A stretch of 64,000 bases of DNA from Felis catus (taxonomy: Eukaryota), in contig NC_058368.1 in the NCBI RefSeq assembly GCF_018350175.1, forward strand, positions 123,010,001-123,074,000, written 5' to 3'. A program made the translations under genes and the position numbers. Shown here piece by piece: positions 37,456-49,376 of the stretch. Within the stretch, counting starts at the first letter, position 1, and the number at the start of each line of letters is the position of its first letter. The notes under the pieces are model-generated. The model saw nothing but the letters and a program-made list of their open reading frames with translations, was not told the DNA's origin and did not search any database.

Positions 37456-38080
37456 GGGGACTTTAACACTCCACTTACAGAAATGGATAGATCATCTAGA
37501 CACACGGTCAATAAAGAAACAAGGGCCCTGAATGAGACATTGGATCAGATGGACTTGACAGATATATTTAGAACTCTGCATCCCAGAGCAACAGAATATA
37601 CTTTCTTCTTGAGTGCACATGGAACATTCTCCAAGATAGATCACATACTGGGTCACAAAACAGCCCTTCATAAGTATACAAGAATTGAGATCATACCATG
37701 CATACTTTCAGACCACAATGCTATGAAGCTTGAAATCAACCACAGGAAAAAGTCTGGAAAACCTCCAAAAGCATGGAGGTTAAAGAACACCCTACTAAAG
37801 ACTGAATGGGTCAACCAGGCAATTAGAGAAGAATTTAAAAAATATATGGAAACAAATGAAAATGAAAACACAACAATCCAAAGCTTTGGGACGCAGCGAA
37901 GGCAGTCCTGAGAGGAAAATACATTGCAATCCAGGCCTATCTCAAGAAACAAGAAAAATCCCAAATACAAAATCTAACAGCACACCTAAAGGAAATAGAA
38001 GCAGAACAGCAAAGACAGCCTAAATCCAGCAGAAGAAGAGAAATGATAAAGATCAGAGCAGAAATAAACAATATAGAATC
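37456..38080 (+). mobile_element. Young internal L1 ORF2 fragment (endonuclease C-terminal region), no 3' UTR or poly(A), with 18-bp TSD
   Basis: Translates GDFNTPLTEMDRSS...SDHNAMKLEI...; flanked by tagaagatctgcctcttg at 37438-37455 and 38081-38098; one frameshift near 37882. Confidence 0.93.
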
Positions 38081-38238
38081 TAGAAGATCTGCCTCTTGTC
38101 TCCTAGTCCAGTGCTCTTTCTGCATTGCCCAAAGTCCCCTTCCCCCCTCTCCCCTTTACGTTCTGGAGCAGTGCTGCCACCTCCCTGCAATCCTGGCTGA
38201 CAGTGCACAAGGTATGAGCTGCGGTCAGAAGCACTTAC

Positions 38239-38308
38239 CTGCCTGGCAAGTCAGGATTAAGACCAGTAGTCCCAGGACAATCGTCAGCCGTAGTGCTGAG
38301 ACAGCCAT
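38239..38308 (-). CDS. C5orf46: C5orf46 orthologue, coding exon 1 (signal peptide)
   Basis: ATG at 38308 encodes MAVSALRLTIVLGLLVLILTCQA plus one base, followed by a GTAAGT donor (phase 1). Matches the remembered N-terminus of C5orf46, and its position next to SCGB3A2 fits the known synteny. Confidence 0.94.
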
Positions 38309-38367
38309 GCTTGTAGCACTGGGTATCTGTGCAGATAAATCATTCAGATGCACCCAAAGACTTCCTC

Positions 38368-38399
38368 CATTTATAGGGCATTTATAGGTGACATCACCT
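38368..38399 (-). promoter_or_regulatory. C5orf46 core promoter: two tandem TATAAAT boxes and an adjacent CRE/AP-1-like TGACATCA
   Basis: Direct repeat catttatagg at 38368-38377 and 38379-38388 (TATAAAT on minus), 60-80 bp upstream of the ATG; TGACATCA at 38389-38396. Confidence 0.7.
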
Positions 38400-40364
38400 G
38401 CTATGGAATTTAGGTTGTTGCTCAAGATATCTGCGCAGCTTGCTGTTGGATCTCTACTGATGAACCCTGCCCTGTCTTTTAAACCAAAGTTTTTCATATA
38501 GGGGAAGAAAACCCCTGTTGATTTTTCTACTGTGTATTTTATAAACAGCACTGGAGTAACTCTTTTAGAGAGACTTCCAGTGCCAGCATTGATGATTCGA
38601 TAGTTATCAGGCAGAGTTACAATGCAGGGCCAGGGAGGAAGCAACAAATCAGATTGGTGAGGTGTGCCTCCTCCCCTAACCCCCTCCCTGTGCACTCTGC
38701 TTATTTTCCCATGCTCTGAACTAATTGCTTGTCCGCACATGGGCACGCCCATTCACACCCTCATGTCTTTACCTCATGTTCTTTAGTTTTCCCTGGACAT
38801 CCTCCCCATCATCTCCCTTAGAGCATTTCTACTTATTCCTCTGGCTCAGGTTTACATGCCCCCTTCCCTGGGAAACCTTCCTGATGATGATGATTCCACC
38901 CCACTCCAGACAGTTGCTCTATCGTTTGCCTTCTAGAACCCTGGCATGTTGTTTGAGAACTAAGTATTTGAGTTCTCTTCTTCTTTGGTCCATGTATCAA
39001 AGGGCAGAGTGTTTTATTCACTCCTGAATCTTCAAGGGGCTTAGTATGGATTTTCTAATTGGTCTCAGCTTTGACTTCATGTCCTTGGGAAGCTTGCTGT
39101 GGTTCTTCCCGGCAGAGGTGGACACTCTGCTCTGTGCCTGATTGGTGTGTGTTTACCATCTCCACCAATACGCTGCAGGTTCCTTAGGGTCAAGACTATC
39201 TTCTTCAGAATTGAATACATGTCACTCAATGCATGTAGCAAACATTAAAAAAAGAAAAGAAAAATAAATTTTTGCACTCAGTGAAAAAGAATATTGGGAT
39301 TGAGATGCTACTATGGATTTCGGGTGCAAAATACTATCCCTATGGAATACAAGCGCTCAATGGGGTAAAATTTGGTTCAAGTCTATATGACATTGGTTAT
39401 CCTGGTAACTGCTAATCCTGATAATTTATCCTGATAAATTTAGTTAATTGGGATGAAGCCTTAGTTTGGGAACTAAATAAACTTCCTAAACTTAGAGATT
39501 GACCAAAACATATACACTGTATCAGAGGGCCCTATCATATTAATTGAGGTGTGGAAACCGGAGGCTTGTCTGGTGTCACAGAACCAAGGCTAGGACATAG
39601 CCCTCTGACTCCCAGGTTAGTACTTCCTGCAAGGCAACACATTGCTCTTAAAAGCCATCAGGCAGCTCTGCTTGGACCTTTCCAGGTCTCTGCAACCTAT
39701 CTTCTTAAAAAGACTCTGATCCTGTTTCTCCTATGCAAGGGGTTGTGATCTAGAGATAGTAGTCCGTAGTAGAAAGGTTTCAAAAGTTAGATTTATGCCT
39801 TCAGAGTCACTACTTAAGATTGAGCATTGTGCTTGTCCTGTAGTATTAGTGGGAAAATAACACTCAAGCTTCCTCTGTTAGCCAGGCCATCGGCCCCGCT
39901 ATGTGATTGTATTCACATGGGAAAGGCTAACAATGCCTACTTCTTTGCACAAGCTTTGAGCCCTCAGGGGACTCTAATTCACCATAAGAACACTGTACAC
40001 GCGAGCAAAGACTGAATATTGTAACCTGGGAGAGAGGCCTGGGAGAGAGCTTTTGAAGGATACCATCTAAATGGGCATGCAGACAAGTTCCTGACTCAGC
40101 TTTTAGTGGTCTGGTGTCAAGGAAATAACACCACTTTCAGGGTCAGGATAGCTGGATTCTATGACTGTCAGTGACTCATTGTGTGATCCTGACTAAATAC
40201 CTTCTGGGTCTGATACTCAGTTTGCCGTGTTTTTTATCTCTTCTGTTGCTTTATTCCTTTTAGCTTCAGATTTCAGTTAAAATGCCTCTTTTTTGAGGAA
40301 AGCTGTGACTCTCTAATCTGAGATCCCTCTATCATAATCTTTTATACACTCTGTATTCCTCCTT

Positions 40365-40576
40365 CTTTTTTAAAAAAAGTTTTTAATGTTTATTTACTTT
40401 TGAGAGAGAGTGCAAGTAGAGGAGGGGCAGAGAGAGAAGGAGACATAGAATCCAGAGCAGGCTCCAGGCTCCGAGCTGCTAGCACAGAGCCCAACACGGG
40501 GCTCAAACCCACAGACCTCGAGATCATGACCTGAGCCAAAGTAGGATGCTGAACCGACTGAGCCACCCAGGTGCCC
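40365..40576 (-). mobile_element. Can-SINE with TSD
   Basis: ctgtattcctccttctt duplicated on both flanks. Confidence 0.9.
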
Positions 40577-40949
40577 CTGTATTCCTCCTTCTTAGCATTT
40601 CACTCTTTTGTTTGATTATTTAATGTCTCTCTTCCCAGGAGATGTTAAAATCCAGGATGGAAGGATTCTGGTCTATGTTGTTCACTGAGACAGCTCTGGT
40701 TTCCAGAATAGTACCTTAAAGTAGAAGATACCCAACAAAAGAAATGAATCAAAGAATAATTTTGAGAAAAGAAGCCTGGCCTTGTGTGATAATTTTATCA
40801 GTTAATATCTGTGATGTTGGCAAATGATTGATGCCACTCAGTTTCCTCATCTGTAAAACTGGGACATATTGTAATTTGTGCCTATTTGTCTGCACTATTT
40901 AAGGATATAGGAGATAACAGATAAAATACCTGCTACGCCGTAAAGAAAC

Positions 40950-41612
40950 TTTATTTGTTTTCTCAGTTTTATTAAGATACAATTGACATACATCACTATA
41001 TAAGTTTAAGATGTACAGCATGATGGTTTGATTTACATGTATTGTGAAATGATCTCCACAACAGGTTTGGCCAACATCCATCTTCTCATAGATACAATGA
41101 AAAGAAAGAAAAAAGGAAAAAAAAATTCTCCTTGTGATAACTCATAGGACTTATTCTCTTAACTTTCCTATGTGTTATAGTAGTGTTGGTCATAGTCACG
41201 TTGTACATTATGTCCCTAGTACTTAGTATAACTGGGAGTTTGTATGTTTTGACCACCTTCCTCCAATTTTCCCTCACCCAAGCCTCTGTCTCTGGTAACC
41301 ACAAGCCTGATCTCTTTTTCCTCTGAGTTTGGTTTTTTTGCTGGTGTTGTTTTTTAAATTCCACATATAAGTGAGATCATACAATAATTTGTGTGACTTA
41401 CTTCACTTAGCGTAATGCCTTTAAATTCCATCCATGTTGTTACAAATGGTAGAATTTTCTTGTTATTTTTTATGGCTGAATAATATTCCACTGTGTGCAT
41501 ATTTGTGTGTGTGTGTGTGTGCGCGCACACATGTGTGTGTACAAAACAACTTCTTTATCCATTCATCCTCTGATGGCCAGTTAGGTTGTTTCTATGTCCT
41601 GGCTATTGTAAA
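40950..41612 (-). mobile_element. L1 3' end fragment
   Basis: Reverse-complement L1 3' UTR motifs (tttattaagatacaattgacatac; ttccacatataagtgagatcatac). Confidence 0.8.
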
Positions 41613-41644
41613 TAAGGAGCTTTCAATGTGTGCCATGTATATAT

Positions 41645-41847
41645 ATTTTTTAATTTTGCCTATTTATTTTGAGAGAGAGAGAGAGTGAACACACATAAGC
41701 TGGGAAGACAGAGAGAGAAAATCCCAAGCAGGCTCTGTGCTGTCAGCACAGAGCCCAATGTGGGGCTTGAACCCACAAGCTATGAGATCATGATCTAAGC
41801 TGCAACCAAGTGTCAGACGCTTAACCAACTGAGCTCCCAGGTGCCCC
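41645..41847 (-). mobile_element. Can-SINE
   Basis: Reverse SINE; tgtgtgccat duplicated on the flanks. Confidence 0.87.
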
Positions 41848-42409
41848 TATTGTGTGCCATATTAATAGCAATTAAGAAGCTGTGACTTATCCTTCATTGG
41901 CATAAGCAAATGAATTTGCTTTTAGGTAGAGGAGAAACTGAGATTATGAAAGATGGTTTTATCCGGGCTGGGAAGAGGAAGATAAGGACCTTCCCCTGGT
42001 CCTTGCTGAGAAGATACGAGAATGAAAGGAATATGGAATTCTTTAATTCCTATGGACATTTCCATGCATAAATGAAAGTCATCAGAGTTCTTAGTGCAGA
42101 AAAGAATTGCAATGTAGAGTCGAAATCCCACAGAAAGATTTTGATGTATGTGTTACTACAGGTTAAGCATGGGCTTTGGGATCAGACAGAACTGGGTTTG
42201 AGTTTCAGATTTGCCACTTACAAGTTGTGTGACTTACCACCTTAGAAATATTTCCTAATTTATTTATGCTTTGGATCCAGTATCTATGAAATAGGAGTAA
42301 TGATATCTCTCAGGGGTGTTACAAGGATCACAGGAGAAAATACATGCATACAGTTAGCACAGTGCCTTGTACATACTAAGTAAAACATAAGTGGTAGACT
42401 AATCATTCT

Positions 42410-42540
42410 CTTGTATTCTCTTCTATTCCATTCCCTTCTGTTCTACCCTCTCCTATCCTATTATTCTATCCTGTCCTATCCTATCCTGTTCTATCCTATG
42501 CTCCTCTCTCCTGTCTTGTCCTATCCTCTTCTACCTTGAG
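42410..42540. repeat. Degenerate (CCTAT/CCTGT)n pentamer repeat
   Basis: Direct reading, e.g. cctgtcctatcctatcctgttctatcctat. Confidence 0.8.
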
Positions 42541-42804
42541 TTGTCCCAGAGGATGTAAGTGACAGTTAGCCATGCAAGCAGCATTAGGGTTAATAATAAT
42601 AGGCCAATGTTGATTCTCTGGTTAGGTATCACCTTAGATGCAACATATCAGTGAAGCATGTGGGAGGCGGCTATTATTATCCTAATTTATAGAAGGGAAT
42701 TCAAGCTTGGAGAAATTAAGTAATTTGCCCAGGGTTACAAAATTATATATGAACTAGAGCAAGGAATCGAACTCAAGGATGTGTGAATTCAGAGTTTGTA
42801 TTCT

Positions 42805-43007
42805 TTTTTTAAAAAGTTTATTTATTTTGAGAGAGACAGAGAAAGCATGAGCAGGGGAGGGGCAGAGAGAAGGGGGACCATGAGAATCCTAACCAGGCTC
42901 TATACCACCAGCATGGAACCTGATGCGGGGCTCGAACCCATGAACCATGACATCACGACCTGAGCCTAAGTGGGACACTTAACTGACTGAGCCATCCAGG
43001 CGCCCCT
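42805..43007 (-). mobile_element. Can-SINE
   Basis: Reverse SINE with degenerate TSD tcagagtttgtattctt/tcaaagtttatattctt. Confidence 0.88.
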
Positions 43008-43284
43008 CAAAGTTTATATTCTTAACTATTACATTGTGTTGCATGGGAATGTGCTCAGGGCTGCTACTGGCAAAAAGCCTAGGTCAAACAAGTAAGCTTG
43101 CACTTGCCTGCTCGCTCACAGATCTGTCTGATTCTGCTTTGTTTTTCCCATTAGTCTCTAGATTTCCCACTGATTTCTGAATGAAGATCTGAACCACCTT
43201 ATTCACCTTTGTTGTAGCTCAGTTTGATGTGTCAAAGGTGCAGGATATAGAGTGCCTTCTTAATCGTTGGCAGAAAGTAAACCG

Positions 43285-43482
43285 GTGATAGGACTATAGA
43301 ATAAAACACAGGATGTTCCATTACATGTGAATTTCAGATAAACAGTGAGTAATTTTTTTCATATAAGTATGTCCCACATATTTCACGGGACATACTTATA
43401 CTAAAAAATATCTATTACTCAGTTGAAATTTAAATTTAACTGGGCATCCTGTACTTTTATTTGCTGAATCTGATAACCCTAC
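43285..43482. mobile_element. MER53 palindromic element, uninterrupted
   Basis: Long imperfect inverted repeat centred on tataagtatgtccc-acatatttcac-gggacatacttata. Confidence 0.78.
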
Positions 43483-44306
43483 CTGGATAGGCCCTCAAGA
43501 GTGTTTTCTTGCATTTCACCCCAGATCAGAGAGTGAAGGACAGGAATGGGGAGGAGGGGTCAGATAAATTATTAAAAGGTAGTATATGAGAAGTTAAAAT
43601 CACATATGGAAAATGGAAGTTGGAAGTTTTTGAAGGACCCAGTTTCTCTTTACTGTCACATCCGGGACATGTTTTTCCCTTGTGCTCTTCATGAGGAAAT
43701 TATTTGCCCCTCTCTTGTTTTTGGTTCACCCTAGGTAAAGGTTCAGACCCACCCTGGAAGGGATGCATGTGGCTTCAGGAAGGGCTTCCTTGTGCATGGT
43801 GTCCATGTACTGAGGAGTCACCATAGTCTTTGTCACCTTTCTACACAAAGCTTGTATCTTAGTTGATCCTTATGCCACTGGTCAGCTTATTAGTTTCTTA
43901 TTCAATGGGCATTTATTGAGCTTGTGCTATTTGCCAGGTGCTCTGCTAGGCACGAAGGACAAGAAAATGCAAAGCACCAGACTCTGACCTCACCTTTGTT
44001 GAGGAGGCAAATATGTAACCAAATGATTACAATTTAAATATGAGACATGCTGTGGGAGCTATGAACAGATTCCTATGGGAGTCTATCAGGTAGTGTTTAA
44101 CATTGTCTTGGGAGGCAATCATGGAAGCATCATTTGTTTGGGGCACTGAAAAGTAGGTTTGTGGGTGTTTACTGTGCAAGCAAGTTGTGGAGAAGACGCT
44201 TCAGGTAGGAAACACGACATCTACAAAAACAAAGAGGCTTGAAGAGCATAACATATTTCCAGGAATGAACCTTCAGACTCTTGAGTGTTATTAGAAGTAA
44301 AAAATA

Positions 44307-44530
44307 GGGGCGCCTGGGTGGCGCAGTCGGTTAAGCGTCCGACTTCAGCCAGGTCACGATCTCGCGGTCCTTGAGTTCGAGCCCCACGTCAGGCTCTGGG
44401 CTGATGGCTCAGAGCCTGGAGCCTGTTTCCGATTCTGTGTCTCCCTCTCTCTCTGCCCCTCCCCCGTTCATGCTCTGTCTCTCTCTGTCCCAAAAATAAA
44501 TAAAAGTTGAAAAAAAAATTAAAAAAAAAA
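44307..44530 (+). mobile_element. Young SINEC_Fc-type SINE
   Basis: CpG-rich, long A tail, TSD agaagtaaaaa. Confidence 0.93.
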
Positions 44531-44969
44531 AGAAGTAAAAATTAAAGTGAGCTCGCTGAATCTTGAAATTTGCTTTCATTAATGAACATTAAATAATACA
44601 GAGAGAGGGAGGGAGGGAGAAGAAAAAACAGAAAATGTTGGGAGGAGTGAGAAATCTCAAATCACTAAGTGTTAAAGCTCACAGTTAGTTTTTCTGCTGT
44701 TCTTGTTTCCCTGTTACAATCTCAGACAAGTACATTGTCATCCAATTATAAGGGTTAGAAATGCTAATTTTTCTTTAACTCATTTTCCACCATGAAACTT
44801 ATTTGTTCACAAAGTTCTATCAGTTCTCTTCTTAAATAGCCTTCAAATTTATCAAATTCTCTTCATTTCCACTATTAAGTGTCATAGTTTGGGACTTTGT
44901 CTTGACTGTTGCAGTAACAACCTCGTCTTCCTAATGTATGCCTCTCCCATCCCTTCAACATCGCTGCCA

Positions 44970-45170
44970 TTTTTTTTAAAGGTTTATTTATTTTTGAGAG
45001 ACAGAGCACGAGTGAGGAAGGAGCAGAGAGAGGGGGACACAGAATCCTAAGCAGGCTCCAGGCTCTGAGCATCAGCACAGAGCCCATCGCAGGGCTCGAA
45101 CCCATGAATCGTGAGACCATGACCTGGGCTGAAGTTGGTCGCTCAACCGATGGAGCCACCCAGGCACCCC
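44970..45170 (-). mobile_element. Can-SINE
   Basis: Reverse SINE; TSD-like caacatcgctg/caacattgctg. Confidence 0.9.
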
Positions 45171-45608
45171 AACATTGCTGACATTTTTATGTTTCTAAAC
45201 ATAATTATGTTTACATTCTCTGTCATTTCCCTTCTCTAATTTTCCTGATTGCTTACTGCAGATGGATAAAGCCCTTCATGTTTTATTTTTCATCGTTCTA
45301 CTTTATCTTAGTCATAGTGTAGAATAAGTCTTACAGCACGGGTCTGCAGTCCAATGGCCTGGATTTCATTTCTGGCTTCATCAAGACTAATATTTACCTG
45401 GAAAGTACTTGAAATGCTCACACTAATTGTTTATATCCCATCCACTGTGGAGGGTCAGTCTCTGTACATTCCTTATTTTATTACATAATATCTTACCAGT
45501 TCCTAACAGTGAAATTTGGCAAGTTGCTAGTACTCTCCAAACTTTAGTCTCCATCATGAATATGAAGATAACAGGAGTGTCAGCTTCATAAAATTTTTAT
45601 GAGCATAT

Positions 45609-45731
45609 GGGATGCCTAGGTGGCTCATTCAGTTGAGCATACGGCTCTTGATTTCGGCTCAGGTCATGATCTCAGGGTCGTGGGATTGAGTCCCATGTTG
45701 GGCTCTGTGCTGAATGTGGAGCCTGCTTAAG

Positions 45732-45794
<63 letters not shown>

Positions 45795-45805
45795 GTCTCT
45801 CTCTG

Positions 45806-45837
<32 letters not shown>

Positions 45838-45945
45838 TCCCCCTTTCTCTCCCTCCCTCCCTCCCTCTCTCTCTCCCTCCCTCACTCTCTCTCTCCCTCT
45901 TCCCCACTTGTGCTCTCTGTCTCTAAAATAAAGAAATAAAAAAAG
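45609..45945 (+). mobile_element. Can-SINE with a greatly expanded CT-rich tract
   Basis: SINE head, then about 170 bp of (CT)n/(CTGT)/(CCCT)n, then an A tail. Confidence 0.88.
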
Positions 45946-48572
45946 AATTATCAGCATAAATGAGATTGTGCTGTAAAGACCTTAGCACACTGTGTGTCTA
46001 ATACATGTTACTATTTGCATCATAAACTCCCACAACTCTTTGAGTATACAGCTTCTCCTTTTGCCTTACTGACCATACTTCCAGACTATTAGTTATTCCA
46101 TCACTGTGTTAGTTTCACTTGGAATATCCACCTCCCACAAACTCATCCTTCAGAAAAACATAGTGACCACATTCTTGACCTAATCCATGGCAAAATTAAT
46201 CCCTTCTGCTGTGGGCTTATTTGCACACACCTCTATTATAGTATGCATTATACTGAGTCATAGTTATTATTTTATATTTGACACCTTCATTAAGCTACAG
46301 GCTCCTCAAGCATGGGCCATACCTTATTTACCCTCAAATACTCTGCCTACAATCATGATTGGTAAGAAGACAGTGCTGAATGAATGCCATGAGTATTCAA
46401 TGGATGCTAATTAAATGTGTGAATGGACAGCTGGGGCTAGAGGCAGAGGTAATTCTGGAGCCCCACTGGAATGAGAGCCAAAGCTCAGGCCAAGAGACCA
46501 AGTATCAATAAGGAAGGTACTTAAAAGTCCAGTGGTTTTTGTTTTTCTAGCAGCAAGAGTTGTGGCTGAAGGTGAAGCAACATTCCAGAATAGGTATTTG
46601 GTCATGCCTCACTTTGGCACATGGGATAGAATGAGGGGGACTTAAGAAAAAAAAAAAAGCACAAATTGATCACATGGAAATAGTCATGGTACCCTAAATT
46701 ATGAAGACCCTAGCATTAAATTCACAGTGTAAATATTTCTATGTCAGTCATATATAATTTATCTATGCCAGATAAGAGTATAATAAAACTGAAATCACAA
46801 GGTTTTTCTGGTATCAAATGAGGTAGTGGATAAAGAATGATTTGAAAACTATGAATTGTCAAACTGTGAATTGAAAACTATACATTAAAGGAAAACTGAT
46901 TAATTGAAGGAGGCATATGTATTGAGTCAATAATAGAGATAAAATAGATCTATAAAAAATACTCATTCAATCCAAAAGAGGGAAAAAGAAAAAATAGATG
47001 GAATTTAAAAAAAAAACATCTAATAACATTGTGAATTTTGATACAATAATGTTAATAATTACATTAAGTATAAATCTAAATGCATCAACAATAAGACAGA
47101 TTGTCAGACTATGCTGTACATAGAAACTTACTTTAAATATAAAGACAAAGATAAGTGTAAGTGAATGCAAAAATATATATCATCAAACACTAATCAAAAG
47201 AAACTTGGGATGGTTATATTAATGTCAGACAACATAGTATTCAGAGTAAGGAATATTACCAGAGATAAAGAAAGACATTGCACAATCAAAAAGAGATCAA
47301 TTTATTAAGAAGATCCTATAAGTGTATATAAGTAACAATCCTATAAGTGTATACAAGTAACAGCTGAACCTCAAAATATAGGTAGCAAAGACTAACTGAC
47401 AAGAAGGAGAATATATAAATTGACAGTTATAGATAGAGGCTTCAAAACTAGTCTCTCAGTGGTAGATAGAACAAGCAAATAGAAATCAGGAAGGACACAG
47501 AAAACCTGAATACCAGTATTAACCAAATTGACCTAAATTATGTTATAAAATACTCTACTCCTAACAGTGGAATGTACATTTTTTCATTTGCAAAGGAAAC
47601 ATTGTTCGAGATAGATTTTGCTAGATCATTAAATAATCCTTAATGCATTTAAGAAAATTGAAACAATACAGAGGTTTTGTGTTTGTTTGTTTGTTTTACT
47701 CTAAGGGAATCAAACTAGGAATCAAATAACCAAATATATCAAAAGTTTCCAAATATTTGAAAGTTAAATTTGAAAAGTCCTATATAATCCATGAGTAAAA
47801 GAGGATGTCCAAAGATATACTAAAATATATTTTGAGTTGGACAAAAATAAACATATGAAAATTTGTGGGTGGCAGCTAATACAATGCTTAGCAATAAATT
47901 TATGACACTAAAGACTTGTACTAAAAGAGAAAGAAATCAGTGAGCTCAGCTTCCACCTTAAGAAACAAACAAACAAACAAATAAATAAATAGGCAAGTTA
48001 AACTTAAAACAAATAGAAGAAATAACATAATTAACATAATAAAGATAAGAGCACAAATCCATGAAATTTAGAATAGAGAAAAACCAATGAAATGACAATC
48101 TGGCCCTTTGAAAAAAATAGTAAAACTGATAAACATCTGGACAGACTTGTCAATGAGAGAGAGAGGGAAAGCGAAAGAGAAAGGCACAGATAAATTGAAG
48201 ATACAAACTACCAATATCATGACCAAAGAAGGAACATCACTATAGATCCCAGTTTTTTAAGAATAATAAGTAATGATATGAACAATTCTATGTCCATAGA
48301 TGTGACAACCTTGATGAAATGGACATTTCTTGACACAAACTGAAGAAATTCATTCAAGAAGAAAGAGGTAATTTAAATAGTTCTATATCTTTTAAAGAAT
48401 GAAATCCATAAAAATTTTCAATAGAGGAAACTCTAGAATAAGATAGTTTTATAAGATATATTTACTAATAAGATAGTTTTACTAATGAGTTCTATCAAAC
48501 ATTCCATGAACAAATAACAGATCAACAGAAAACTCATTTAGAATATGGAAGAGGAGGGGACAGTTCCCAACT

Positions 48573-49376
48573 AAATGTTTTAAGAGCTTTATTAAGATAG
48601 AATTCACGTACCATGTAATTCAACCATTTAAAGTGTACATTTTAGTGTTTTTAAAGTACATTAATAGATGTCATAATCAATTTCATAGCTTTTTCATTAC
48701 CTCCAAAAGACACCCATCCCTATTATCAGCCCTCCTCTTCTCTCCCTAATCGTCTCCCACTTAAGCCCTAAGCAATCATGAATCTGCTTTTGGTCTCTAC
48801 AGACTTGCCTACTATGGACATTTTATATAAATGTAATCGTAAAATATGTGGCCTTTTGTGTCCAGCTTCTTTCACTTAGTATAATGTTTATAAGTTTCAT
48901 TAATATTGTATCATTCATCATATTTCATTCCTTTGTATTGCCAACTAATATTCAACAATGTATGGATATACTGAATCTTGTTTTATAATGCATCAGTTAA
49001 TAGAAATTTGGGTTGTTTCCACTATTTGGCTATTATGGATAATACTTCTGTGAACATTCCCTTACAAGTGTTGAATAAATGTATGTTTTCATTTCTCTTA
49101 AGTATATACATAGGAATGAAACTGCTATGTCATATGATGACTCTAAGTTTAATGTTTTGAGGAACTGCGAGACTGTTACAAAACATCTACACCATTTTAT
49201 ATTCTCACTAGCACTGTATGAGGGGTCCAGTTTCTCCATATCATAACCAACCCTTTTTACTATGTCTTTCTAATTCTAGCCATTCTAACAGGTGTCAAGT
49301 GTTGTCTAATTTTTATTTTGTTTTGCACTTCCCTAATAGCTAGTAATACTGAGCACATTTCATTGTGCTTCTTGGC
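48573..49376 (-). mobile_element. L1 3' end inserted antisense within the older L1
   Basis: The host breaks at cagttcccaact and resumes at cattttatgagacc; the intervening sequence is a reverse-complement L1 3' UTR. Confidence 0.78.

Noticed and set aside
37453..37911. 152-aa ORF as an endonuclease gene
   Set aside because: Partial L1 ORF2 with no promoter or true start, and frameshifted near 37882.
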